Below are positions 28,060 to 40,820 of a stretch of DNA of 64,000 bases, piece by piece. The notes beneath the pieces are model-generated. The model saw only the letters and a list, made by a program, of their open reading frames with translations, was not told where the DNA came from and did not search any database. The stretch covers positions 24,180,001 through 24,244,000 of the forward strand of contig NC_043015.1 in the NCBI RefSeq assembly GCF_006345805.1. The letters run 5' to 3'. Both the position numbers and the translations under genes were made by a program. The number at the start of each line of letters is the position of its first letter. Position 1 is the first letter of the stretch. Source of the DNA: Octopus sinensis. Its lineage: Eukaryota.

Positions 28060-28250
28060 GGCGGAAAACTGGTTGAATGGTTAGCACGCCGGGCTGTGTG
28101 CTTAGCAGTATTTTATCTGTCTTTATGTTCTGAGTTCAAATTATGTTGAGATCGATTATGCCTTTTATCCCTTCTGGGTCGAGGAAATAAGTACCAGTTG
28201 CTTACTGGGGAATCGAAATTGCTGAACTTGTGGCTAAGTTTGAAACCAAT
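28060..28250 (+). mobile_element. SINE, second family
   Basis: ggcggaaaactggttgaatggttagcacgccggg...gttctgagttcaaatt...aaataagtaccagtt...gtttgaaaccaat. Confidence 0.75.
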
Positions 28251-29086
28251 ATAGGATGACTGTTTAATTTAACCTTATTTCAGAGATGAAATTCGGCTGA
28301 CATTCTCTCCTACCAGTTGTGAGAAATGGAAAATAATGAGATAGGCAAAAATACTAGGGCATTTGCATACCGACACAGGTTTTGCACTCAGCTTCAAATT
28401 AAACACTGACTTTAGCAGATGAAAGGAGGTGGAATTTGAACTCTGCATTCAGAAAACAGGAGCAGATGGTGAGAACCATCTTATCTGACATTCTAACAAT
28501 CCTCCAAACTCTCAATATGGACTGATGCCTTATTACCGATTCCGTAGGCGATTCAAGACGTACGTAAATTAAACGGATTTTAATTTAACTTGTAAACTAG
28601 CGCAAAACATATTTTCCTGTGTTTCTCCTTCGCCAATATGTGTTTGTTTGTGTTTGTGTGTATCATTCTTGAAACAAAATTAGCATAGGCAGTGACTTCG
28701 AAATGTCCAACATGATGCCCTGAAGAATAATACATTTGTAATCTACCGATAGTAGGTGTGTGGGTGTAGAATGAAATACATAAGTGTGTGAGATAGTCTC
28801 TATGTGTGTGAATATGTGTGTGCGTGTGTGTGCGCGCAAATTTATCATTTAATATACGTAGTACTTAAAGTACTTAAAGATATGATATAAACATTTGCTA
28901 GTTAATTGTTGCCACAGCATGAGACAAATCGGAAAACGTGTTCAAGTATTAAATATATCAAATAATATTTATCCCTCAGCATTTGACGGGAATACAATTG
29001 CTGGTTGATACAAAAATAGCATAATAAATTATATATAAATATATTTGTGTATGTGTGTCGGGAAGGAAATATATACACACACACAC

Positions 29087-29150
<64 letters not shown>

Positions 29151-29784
29151 ATACATATGAAAATCAACAGGAGATTGGAAAAAATTGGTATTCTTTCTTC
29201 ACCGTTACAAATGTTTCATTTCCGAATACGAGTTACAAAGGTTTACATGGAGAATAAGTATGTAAGACATCTCGTAATAGAATTTCATCAAACATAGAAT
29301 CAAAAACTTTTATTTGATTCTCTGACTGAAAATTTTTAATAAATGTTTTATACGTATCCCCTCAGTGTACAAGTTTGTAACTCCAATCGCAAAATGAAAC
29401 ACAATGTAAAAATAAGAAAATAATACAAACAATTTCCCGATTATTATATCTTAATATGTGTCTACTTTGTAAAAATATTTTCCAGCATTTTTATTTATTA
29501 ATGCATACCTCATACAATTATAATATCTAAAATCGTTTTTTGTAGTGTCTCAATGATGTATAACTCCGGAATAATATGTCATTTCGGAGAGTCATCAGGA
29601 CTTTGAGATCAAAGAGACATCATCTGACCACATATGGCTGATGGTCATACTCATAAACACCTTTAATCACTAAACTAACCATTTATGTCAGGAACATCTC
29701 TGCTCTCAACCATCGTATTTATTTATCCTATCTCTTGTAAAATATATATCAGTGAGTGGAGCAGCAGCTTTTGTTTCCCCACCT

Positions 29785-30270
29785 CAAATCATTTTCCATC
29801 TTAAAGAAATAATCTTCCATATGCATGGAATCTGTCGAGCATACACATTGCCTGACACTCGCCAGCTACGGCTTCATCCAAATCTTTCATCAAGGACATA
29901 TAGAAGGTCTTGCAGTCATTCCCAACACAGAAGTGTCTTTCCGCCCACCATGACCATGCTTCGATGAATCCCTCGAGTAACGAGTTACAGTGTTCCATGA
30001 CATAATTTTTATGAGTTCGGTTGATATCGAAGAATTGTTTAGGACATCAAAATGTGAGGAAGAGGAAATGTTGATGTTGGACAAAAGACTATAAGTGATA
30101 GTACTGGGACCATGTTCAACAGGTGTGTTCAATTCCTGGACTGGGCGGCAGGTTCTACCTTGAGCATGACATATAATTACACGTTCCTCCAGTGTATCTA
30201 ATTTGAAGAAGCGTGAACCGACAGTTGCAACACATCTGCCATCTAACAGTGTTACATCTCAAATGTGCCA
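29785..30270 (-). pseudogene. Unassigned coding-like remnant, possibly a DD(E/D) transposase
   Basis: Non-repetitive block with fragments PVQELNTPVEH (compare Tc1 SPDLNPIEH) and a terminal DGK*FE. Spacing is not typical. Confidence 0.2.
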
Positions 30271-30544
30271 CTGGACTAAATGTAACAAAGACAAGAGAGT
30301 GTATATATACATATAAGGTCGTACAAATATAATTTTAGGCTTAGGCATGGTTGAGTTAAAAAATTGCTTCCCAACGATGTCATTTTAAGATCTGTTTCTC
30401 TGTACCGCATCTTGTTCGGTTGTCTCGAACAAGAAACCAGAACCTTCCAACAGTGCGCTATGACTGAATTTGTTTGTTGAAAACTGTGCAAAGCTATTTT
30501 GTCTATATGTGCGTTTGTGTGTTTGTGAGAGAGAGGGGGGAGAG

Positions 30545-30715
30545 CGTGTGTGTGTTCTTTATTTTTGTCCCTGTAACTTAACAATTCGACAAAAGAAGAC
30601 GATAAAATAAATAGTAGACAACGTGAAAAAAGTCCTGATGTCGATTTGTCCGACTAACCCTGAAAGACGGTGCACCGCCACGACTGCAGTCCTATGACTA
30701 AAGCAAGTAAGAGTC
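30545..30715 (+). mobile_element. SINE tail
   Basis: gtccctgtaacttaacaattcgacaaaagaagacgata...gtcgatttgtccgactaacc...acggtgcaccgccacgactgcagtcctatgactaaagc. Confidence 0.65.
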
Positions 30716-31337
30716 TCTAAAACTAAACATTTCAAAGTAACACTTTCAATATCATTCTTTTATATATGTTTTGCATTTTACAAATTTTACGACTGTAAAT
30801 ATTGATGCTTGAAGCTGTGTCTGTTTGTTTAGTGCTCACATTGTTAGTATTTTTTAAAGAGTGTTTCTCGTGTTTGAAAATAATTGGGCAGCGAGTTTGT
30901 TTACGTTAATGAGGCTACAGCTACCACTGTGGAAAACACTTTTTGCTGCTAATTCTGACGCCATATTGAAACGCGAATTACTTCAAAAATGGCGACTGTG
31001 CAAAACTCTATGCATAGTTAAAAAATTTTCCACGATAACAACAGCAGCATAAGTTATGCTTCGGAAGTTTTATTTCGTTGACGACATATATACTTGTTCT
31101 ATTTTGTTTTGGGATTGGCGGGAACAGTATTTTCTTTTTTACTAACCTATAGAATGTTTAGTAAATGAAAAATAGATAAAATTCTATAACACAAACAATC
31201 TAAAAAGAGAGAAATACCAAAAAAGATTAATACTAAGAATTTTTTATAATGTCTATAGTGTGTATATAGTACAGAGGCAATGTGTATGTTTGTCTGTGCA
31301 TATATATGCATATGAAACAAATATATATGCATATATA

Positions 31338-31369
<32 letters not shown>

Positions 31370-31450
31370 TATACAAATATATATATATATATACAAATAA
31401 ATATAAATATACAAATATATATATATATATATTATACAAATATATATATA

Positions 31451-31830
31451 CTAGCAGTATCGCCCGGCGTTGCTCGGGTTTGTAAGGGAAATTACTATAA
31501 AGCCTTTTTAGAGAGTTATAGCCAAAAAATAGCAAAAAAATGGGGGAAAAAATTATGGTAAATTTTTTTGATAGTTAAAAAGGTCGAGTTGCGTCCCCTA
31601 GACCATCTGTGGTTTGTGTTTCTGATTCTCGACCCCATGTCGAATTTATCGATCTTTTTCAGAATTGGGGGAACTTTTCAAAATTTTCTCTGCGTTAGTT
31701 TTGAATTATGACATTGGGCTATGTGTGTGTTAAGTTTCATCAGAATCGGTTGAAAGCCGTGGTCAGGGTGAGGGTACAACCTGACAGACACACAGAAACA
31801 CGCACAGACAAACTGCCGTTTATATAGAGA
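31451..31830 (-). mobile_element. Non-autonomous Helitron (380 bp)
   Basis: On minus: 5' TC(TCTATATAAACGG), subterminal hairpin cccg-agcaacgc-cggg, 3' CTAG. Inserted between A and T inside (TA)n, with no TSD. Confidence 0.9.
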
Positions 31831-31948
31831 TATATATATATATATATATACAAATATATATATATACAAAATATATTATATAATATATATATATATATAT
31901 ACAAATATATATATACACAAATATATATATATACAAATATATATATAC

Positions 31949-32000
<52 letters not shown>

Positions 32001-33047
32001 TACAAATATGTGTGTGTGTGCGTGCGCGTGTGCGTGTGCGCGTGTGTGTGTGTGAGAGCAGTAACAGATATCAGAAATGACTACGTTTCCATTGACGCCA
32101 TGCTAGCAGAAACATATTCTAAGTCTTTGAAGTAATAGTAAAGATAAATAATTAATTAGACTAATATTTCTTTTATTCATATTTGTTAGAATAATATCTA
32201 AACGTTTTTCAATTACGATGCTGCCAATCTCTTTTTATGTGTGCAAACAATCGCTGTGTCCAGGTAAGCATACAAGATAATAGTGTGCCCGTTGCAATGG
32301 GCATAATGTTTATTTTTGTACTTATAGAAAAAAATCGTTGTCTTACTAAGTAGTATTTAGTTATAGTATTCAAGGTGTTGTATATTTGTATGAATTTGTT
32401 TCCAAGTATTCGTGTATTCCTCTTTCTCCATTGCAACCATTATACAATATACTCCTTACATACTTAGTTTACATCGTAAACTTTTGTCTTACTACCAATG
32501 TGATATTAGAAGCTAACTTTCACTCGAAATTTTAAAGTAATATAAAATTTCTAACTTAGACGAAGATTTAGAATCTGAATTCTCGTCTAAGTAAAGGAAG
32601 TTTAGATTATGCAGCACAAACGAAGAATTCGAAAAGAATCCCAGGAGGTGAACCTCAAATAAATCATCAGCAAGTATTCTGACAAATACACTTCGAAATG
32701 GAATAACTGAAGAATTCAGCATTATGAAACAAGCATATACATCACATCATTTAAAAACAACCGACATACACATAAATATACAAAGATACACAAACGGCAA
32801 TGAGTATGTGTGTGTGTGTAAGAGAGAGTGACAGTGTGTGTGTGTAAGAGAGAGTGACAGTGTGTGCGTGCGTGTGTGTGTGGAGTGCGGGTATTACGTG
32901 TGTCTATGCAAGAGTACAAGACTATTCAATTGATAACAGAAGCAACTGTCACAGAAAAGCACAAGGTTAAATTATACTTTGAGAATGTCCGTACAAATTG
33001 CAAATGTATACCCTTCATTACTTATGCAGAAATATAAATTTTCTCAC

Positions 33048-33074
33048 CTACGTCGACACCAGACATATTGATCC
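33048..33074 (-). CDS. Candidate symmetric micro-exon (27 nt, phase 1 to 1): GINMSGVDV(G)
   Basis: Acceptor ccgtttctattaatcag, donor TAG|gtgaga. Confidence 0.25.
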   Translation of the reverse strand, partial: GSICLVST

Positions 33075-33539
33075 CTGATTAATAGAAACGGACAGCCAAA
33101 CTCGCCGACATAATTTCATACTTAAAGTAAGAGTCTGAAGGTCTGTTAACGTATTATGTGAACTAGCTATAAAAATATTGAAAACTTCATAAAACACAAT
33201 GCAGAACATAGGAATAATATTCTGCGAATATTAAACATTTCAACCACTAACAAATCACAAACATTTAAACTCGAAAAAAATTTAACGACCTGTAATGTGT
33301 GTGTGTGCGTGTGGGGTAAGGGTGTTGAATTCAAATAGACAAATAAAAAAAAAAAACGAATACAAACGAAAGTCAGGGGGCGTGCACAAGAAATGTATTA
33401 GCTCGACGATTGATGAATGGAGAGTTTGAAATTTGGAGCCAAAATCTTTATCGGAAAGGAGAAAGGGAGAACTCCAAAAAAGAAAAACAAATCGCCAACG
33501 GCACACGTGTAGTTACATTTATACACACGTACATACATA

Positions 33540-33625
33540 TATACATACCTACATGCATTTATATATATATATATAATATTATATATATATATATAAATAT
33601 ATAATATATATATATATATATATAT

Positions 33626-33694
<69 letters not shown>

Positions 33695-33706
33695 TATATA
33701 TATATA

Positions 33707-33751
<45 letters not shown>

Positions 33752-33770
33752 TAAATATATATAAAACTAA
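33540..33770. repeat. (TA)n-rich block
   Basis: Read directly from the sequence. Confidence 0.95.
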
Positions 33771-34096
33771 ATACACAATAAAGCTATACAAGTGAGTGTT
33801 ATTTGATAAAAATATTCAGACTCAACATAATTACTTAAGAAAATAAAGGGTTCATGATGATAAAAAGGTGCGGGACATCTTGGTACTGCTTGTCTGGCCC
33901 TGGATATTTGGCGTGGGTTATTCGACGCCGACTACTTTGATATCGGACGCTTTGTACAGCGTACCACGAAAATATTTTGTATTCTACTTAAGAACTAACT
34001 TATCACAATTTTAAAATATTATACTGGCGGGCGTCCATCGGTTTGAATTTATAACCTGCAATCTCTCTCTCTATTTCTTTCTCTTTCTCCTCTCTG

Positions 34097-34268
34097 TTCA
34101 AATCAGGCAGACTACAATCAACAAATATATATACAGGTTTAATTAGGATAAAATAAATATTGTCGAATCTGAAAATTATACTGATAAATGTTTCAGATTG
34201 GATACTTCTCACTGTAACCTAATTAAACCTATCAATGCATATGTTAATCGTAGTCTGCCTCATTTGAA
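34097..34268. repeat. Fold-back (MITE-like) inverted repeat
   Basis: 51-bp arms 34097-34147 and 34218-34268, 42/51 identical by eye, plus an inner aatctgaaa/tttcagatt pair. Confidence 0.75.
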
Positions 34269-34339
34269 AATTTCTATTGTATCTATAAAACTTGGCTAGC
34301 AAGCTGTCTATGTTTTTGGAAACAAAATTTAAATTATAT

Positions 34340-34476
34340 ATTATATATGCATATATATATATACATATATATATTTTATATATTTAAATTATATATATAT
34401 GTACATATATATATACATATATATATATATACGTATATATATATATATATATATACATATATATATACATATATAT

Positions 34477-34525
<49 letters not shown>

Positions 34526-34661
34526 TATATACACTATATATATAATATATACATATATATACATATATATATATACATATATACATATATATATATATAT
34601 ATTACGTATATATATTATATACATATATATATATACATATATACATATTATACATATATAT

Positions 34662-34693
<32 letters not shown>

Positions 34694-34925
34694 GTATATA
34701 TATGCATATATATATATATACATATATATTATACATATATAATGCATATGTATATGTATATATATATATGTATATATATATATATACATATATATACTAT
34801 ATATATGTATATATATACATAATATAGTATATATATATATATGTATATATATATACATATATACATATATATGTATATATATATATGTATATATGTATAT
34901 ACATATATATATATATATACATATA
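34340..34925. repeat. (TA)n/(TACA)n low-complexity block
   Basis: Source of the (YI)n pseudo-ORFs. Confidence 0.95.
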
Positions 34926-34926
34926 T

Positions 34927-35090
34927 ACGACAGGCTTCTTTCAGTTTCCGTCAAACAAATCTACCTACAAGGCATTGGTCGGCCATGGGCTATAGCAGAA
35001 GACACATGCCCAAGACGCCACGCAGTGGGACTGAACCCGGAACCATGTGGTTTGTTAGCAAGCTACTTACCACACTGCCACTCCTGCGCC
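34927..35090 (-). mobile_element. tRNA-derived SINE head
   Basis: Close to the 5504-5666 copy; B-box-like ggttccgggttcagtccc on minus. Confidence 0.85.
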
Positions 35091-35161
35091 ATGTATATAT
35101 ATAAATATATGTATATATATATAGGTAAGAAAGTTGGTATGTGAAAGCACGTGGTAGAATT

Positions 35162-35379
35162 TATAGAAAATAGTAAAAAGTGAAAAAACTACGCTCAACG
35201 TAAACATAACGTTTTAAGAAATTTGAAAAGCTGACCGCGAAACCGGTCATTTCTTCTATACTATGTCATTGTATGAAAAAAAGTTATAACATTCTTCAGA
35301 CATATTGACTCAAATATATATTTTTTAACCTTTTAAAACAAGCCTTCTGTAGTTTTTTCACTTTTTACTATTTTCTATA
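35162..35379 (+). mobile_element. 218-bp mini-element: perfect 31-bp inverted repeats enclosing a hammerhead
   Basis: tatagaaaatagtaaaaagtgaaaaaactac at 35162-35192 and its exact reverse complement at 35349-35379. Confidence 0.75.
35216..35255 (+). ncRNA. Minimal type I hammerhead ribozyme, U3-A8 variant, apparently complete
   Basis: aagaaat TTGAAAA GC tgacc GC GAAA CCGG TC atttctt: perfect 7-bp helix I, G10.1-C11.1 pair, palindromic helix III, GUC triplet. Confidence 0.75.
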
Positions 35380-35954
35380 TATATATATATATAGTATATA
35401 TATGTATATATATATGGATATATAATATGTATATAATATATAGTATATATATGTATATATATATATAATTATATATAATATATATATATATATATGTGTA
35501 ATATATATGTATATATATGTATATATAACATATATATATACATATATATATGTATATATATATATACATATATATATATAATGTATATATACAATTATAT
35601 ATGTATATATATATACATTATATATATACATATATATACATATATATATATATAATTACATTATAATATATATATGTATTATATATATACTATATATATA
35701 TGTGTGTGTATATATATATATATTATACATATAAATATATACATGTTGAATCGCTAGCTTCTGCACGCATTATTCTCTCCTTCTTTCTCTCCGTGTTCTT
35801 TTCTGTGAATCTTCTGTTGAAGAGCGTTAGACTCGAAACGAAAAAGACTTGTTTATTTATATTCCTGAGCAACATACTAATAACAATTGTTTGTTTGTAC
35901 TCCACCTGCCTTCGTCTTTTGTTTATTCATAAAGCTTCCCGTTATATATTATAC

Positions 35955-35998
<44 letters not shown>

Positions 35999-36270
35999 CA
36001 TACATATATACATTATATACATATATATATACCACATATATATATATATATATATATAATATACATATATAATATACATTATATATATACATATGTATAT
36101 ATATACATATATATATAATAACAATGATATAAATCTCAGAGCGAGTATATAAACAGTAAACGGTAACAATCGTGACGCATATTTGCCAATTGAACTTAGG
36201 GTGTTAGCCATATTAAATGACAAATGTGCGTCACTATATATATACATATAACTAATACATATATATATAC

Positions 36271-36348
<78 letters not shown>

Positions 36349-36500
36349 CACATACATACATATACACATATATATATACATATATATACAATATATAATC
36401 ATATATTGTATATAGATATACATATATAATATACACACATATATATATATACATATATAACATATATGTATATATATACATATATATATAATATATATAC
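35380..36500. repeat. (TA)n-rich block containing small inserts
   Basis: Read directly; interrupted by 35755-35945 and 36115-36240. Confidence 0.9.
35755..35945 (+). mobile_element. PLE pLTR fragment, family B
   Basis: acgcattatt...ttCTGTTGAAGAGCGTTAGACTCGAAACG...ttgtttgtactccacctgccttcgtctttt...ttcccgtta, homologous to 10368-10530. Confidence 0.75.
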
Positions 36501-36505
36501 GTATA

Positions 36506-39500
36506 CTTACTTTGATACTTTGATAGGTTTCGGCCATTATTGGCCCAGGCCATGTTCTAACTTAATAGCACCACCTGGTGAAGTCTTTCAAGTCAGAATT
36601 TGGGCACTATGGCCCACTCAAGTAGAGAGTTATTGTTTACAGAGACATATCCGGGTGTAGGGGGTTTATCCGGGATTTCTTGAAGGAATCTGTCCAAAGA
36701 CTTCTTGAACCCTATAGGGTCAGTTTCTGTTTTAATGTGTTTTGGTGTAATGTTAAAGAGAGCGGGGCAATTGAGGTGAAATAATTGTGCCGTATTGTTG
36801 TTATGAGATGAGAGTGCGATTTTTGTTTTGGGCGGATGGCACGGGGCCCAAGCCTGGATGTACCTTAAAGGTGATGCCAACATCATTTGGGCAATGCTGA
36901 TGGAATATTTTCCACATCATGCAGATGATGTAGCGCTCACGACGACGTTGGAGAGAATAGAGTTTTAGCTTTCTAGTCGACCCCAATAGTCGAGGCCTGT
37001 CATGCCATCTATCTTTTTTGTGATTGCCCTTTGAGGTGCTTCAACTTTTATGATACCTTGTATTGTGTGGGGAGACCACAGTGGACAACAGTATTCAAGG
37101 TGGGGTCGGGCAAAAGTGGAGAAGAGAAGGATAATGGTGTGGATATCTCTCGACTGGAAAGTTCTGAGAATCCAGGAACACATTCTGCGGGCCATGTCAA
37201 CTTTGGTGTTTATATGAGTGGCCCAGCTTACGTTGTTGTCCACAATTACTCCCAAGTCTCTGATGTTGTTGGACGCCGCGAGAGTTTCACCTGAAGGAAG
37301 GGAGTATGGGAGTTTCAGGGCATCCTCTTTTCCAAAGTGGATTAGCTCAAATTTATCCTCGTTCAGCAGCATATTGTTTTTTTCTGCCCATTGGATAACA
37401 GCCAGTAGATCTGACTGAAGGCATGTCCGGTCACTCGCCTCATTTATGACCTTCTGTAGCTTGGAGTCATCTGCAAAGATTTTTATGTTGCTGTGCTTGA
37501 TGATGTCATTAATGTCATTAATGTAAATGATGAAAAGAAGTGGGCCCAGCACAGTGCCTTGCGGAACGCCACTACTGACTTTGGCTGGGCTTGATTTTTA
37601 CCCCTTCAACTACAACATGTTGAGATCTGTCTGTCAGGAAACACTTAATCCATTTCAGTAACTTTCCAGAGACACCAATGTTGGATAGTTTTTTCAATAG
37701 GATCTTGTGATCGACCCTGTCGAAGGCCTTACTGAAATCAAGGTAGATGACATCGGTGTTGGAGCCCTCTCCCAAAGCTCTCAAAATGTCCTCAAAGTGA
37801 TGCAGGAGCTGCGTTAGGCAGTCCCTTCCATTACGGAACCCATGTTGGTTGGAGATCAGCCGTCTGTTGCTTTCCAGAAATTGGGTTATTCGAGATCTCA
37901 CCACCCTCTCAAATACCTTGATGATATGAGAGGTGAGTGAGATCGGACGGTAATTCACTGCAAGGGACTTGTTTCCCTTTTTGAAAACTGGGACAACAGA
38001 CTGGGACAGAAGGTTTTTTGGAATATAGCCAGCATCCAGTGAGTTTCTCCACAGATTAGCAAGGGGAGATGCAAGTTGGTGTCGACACACCTTCAGGACA
38101 CAAGCAGGGAACCTATCGGGGCCTACTGCTGAATTGTGTTTTATTTCGTTTATCGCCGCTAAGACATCAGGGGCACTAAACGTTATGTCCGATATAGTGT
38201 GTTGGGGGTTGACATCACTGATACAGCCCAGATCGGCCATATCAGGATTGCTGAAAACAGAGCAGTATTGTTTCTGCAGTATCTCGGCCATGGATTTGGC
38301 ATTATCTTGGAGAGTGCCAGTTTCGTCAATTAGAGGGCCTACAGTGGAGACAGTGACCCTGCGTTTCCTCGCAAATGAAAAGAACACTTTGGGGTTGAGT
38401 TTGATTTTTTCAATGGCCCACTTCTCCTCAGCTGATCTTGGTTATTGATGAGGGTCTTCATGCATTGTTGGAGGTTATATTTTTTGGATTCAAGCAGTGC
38501 GATAGCGCGTCGAATGTGTGTGTGCTGTTGGCAGTAGTACTTTAGTTTGTTAATTTTTTGTTTGTTCTTTTTATTTTTCTGATAATGGTTTTTCTGTTTT
38601 GGGGGATTCTGCACTTTTGTTCACAGGTCTTGGTGGGGAGTGTTTTGCACATATGTCTGTGACGGTGTCTACAAAGATCTGCCAAGATGTTTTATGGTTG
38701 GTGGAGATGTGTGTATGTGTAAAGGACCAGTCAACATTTGATAGCTCGTTCCTGATTGCATCCCAGTTGGCTTTATGGAGATCCATGTTGTCAAATGGGT
38801 GGGCTGGAGGAAGGTCACTAGGATTAGCTTTCGGCTGGTGGAATTTCATGTTACAGAGAACCATGTCATGGTCTGAAAGAAGGGTTTTTCCACTGTAACG
38901 TTATGTATAGTGTTAGTGTGGTTACTAAACACTAGGTCCAAAATGTTCTGATGTCTTGTTGGTGCAAGGACAAGTTGGGACAAGAAAAACTCATTCGTAA
39001 AGTCGAAAGTGACTCTGCTGCTTCTTTGTCAGCGGTTGAGGCGGGAGTGCTTGGTTTCAAACAGTTTGTAGTCCAGTCAACACAGGGTAGATTGAAGTCT
39101 CCCATCATGAGTATGTTGCTAGAATGGCACTGTTGAATAAAGCACTTAATGCTGTTGAGGCATTCTTTAAAGCACAGTATGGGTTTGGGGCGGCCTATAG
39201 AGCCCAATTACTGTCAGGTCATTGGCTTTGTTGTGCACGGTGACTGATTCACAGTAGCCGTTGGAGAATATACTATTTCCATCTGCCGTAAATGAATCAT
39301 GCAGGAAAATGGCAGTTCCACCCTTCCTCCTGCCGATACGATCCGCGCGGATGGTTTGTGAAATTCTTCACTCTCACTTCGGCTTCCAAGTGGGAGTTGT
39401 CAAGGTGGGTCTCAGTGAGAATGAAGAAAGGGATGGGTGTGAATGGTTACCAACCCAGTCTTCAATGAATTGGACCTTCCATTTTTGTGCATTGATGGAA

Positions 39501-40390
39501 GGGCTGACACCTTGTGCATTGAGTAGGAATGTGGAGGTTAGTGTAGTGGCTGGTTTTGACTGTTGCAGGGGGCTTGGATTTTTTGTGTGTGTTAGTGGCA
39601 GCAATGGGGAATTGGTGCACTGGGGTAATAGCATAGGATGGTGTTGAGTGATGGCTAGAATGTTTTGTGTATCTCTTTTGCCATGTTCAACATGGCTAAA
39701 AAAGAATTTTCCTGCTTAGGGAGCAGTTTTGGCTGGAGGTGTGGTTGCACTGTTGGATAGGGTTGTAGTTTCCACTTTTGTTGTTGTTGTTTTTTGTGTC
39801 TTCCTGAAAAGACTGGACCAGCATTACTGCAGCATGGTGTGTTTCTATTTTTATTGTTATTCAGTTTGTGTGTTGGCTTGAGGCCCCGTTTCTATTTGTG
39901 CGTCGGGTCCTGGAAGATGAGTGAAGGGACAGTCACTCAGTAGACATGTTCTCTCACGTTGGGAATACGGCAGATTTTGGGACTCCGAGTTGTGTGTGTT
40001 TTGAATTTCGATTTACTATTGGTGGTGTTGATGTTATTGTTGGGATGCGTGCTTTGGCCTGGCCGGTAGTGCGTCTAGTGCCGGGAGATGCGTGAAGATG
40101 CAGTCACTATTTGTGCAGAGTCTCAGGCACAGTGAATAGCGGCATATTTGGGGATTTCTTGTTTGAGCGTGGGGGGCGCATTCTGCTTCCTATGTTTCTT
40201 TAAGTTTTTGTTACTGCAGTAGTATTGAGGTGGTGATGTGGGGGAAGAGGGCAGTGGTTTCTTATTTGGTTTTCTGTTGGTATTTTGGTGTGATAGAAGA
40301 CGATGGTGGCAGCGGTGGTGATGATGATGATGATAATTGTGGTGGTTGCTGTGAGAGCGGTGAAATGAAAAGATACTGGCATTTAGTGAA
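36506..40390 (-). mobile_element. CR1/L2(Jockey)-group LINE, nearly full length (ORF1 remnant, APE, RT, 3' tail), frameshifted
   Basis: APE: FILTETHL-like segment, LYRPP, ILMMGDFNLP. RT: VPVFKKGNKSLAVNYRPISLTS, QHGFRNGRDC, YLDFSKAFDRVDH, GVPQGTVLGPLLF, FADDSKL, LEYCCPLWSP, YSLQRRRERY. 3' stem-loop plus atcaaagt repeats. Confidence 0.95.
39917..40144 (-). pseudogene. Two CCCH-type zinc fingers in the LINE ORF1 remnant
   Basis: CRYSLCLRLCTNSDCIFTH (40144-40088) and CR(frameshift)SQRERTCLLSDCPFTH (39972-39917), both C-x8-C-x4-C-x3-H. Confidence 0.6.
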
Positions 40391-40513
40391 TCGTCTAGTA
40401 AGCTAGAGTTGGAGGAGTGAGTATATATATATATACATATATATATGCGTATATATATATACACACATATATATATACATATACATATATACATATACAT
40501 ATATATATGCAAA

Positions 40514-40547
<34 letters not shown>

Positions 40548-40820
40548 CATATACATACATACAAATAAATGCATCCATATGCATACATACATATACATAC
40601 ATATATATATATGACTTAATATCATACATATATTATATACACATATGTATTATATATCTACAACACAAAATATATATATATATATATACATACACATATA
40701 ATATACTTATATAATATACAATATATATATACATATAAGTATACATATATATAATATATATAATATATATCTATATATTATATCTTATATAATATATATA
40801 CATACATAATATATACATAT

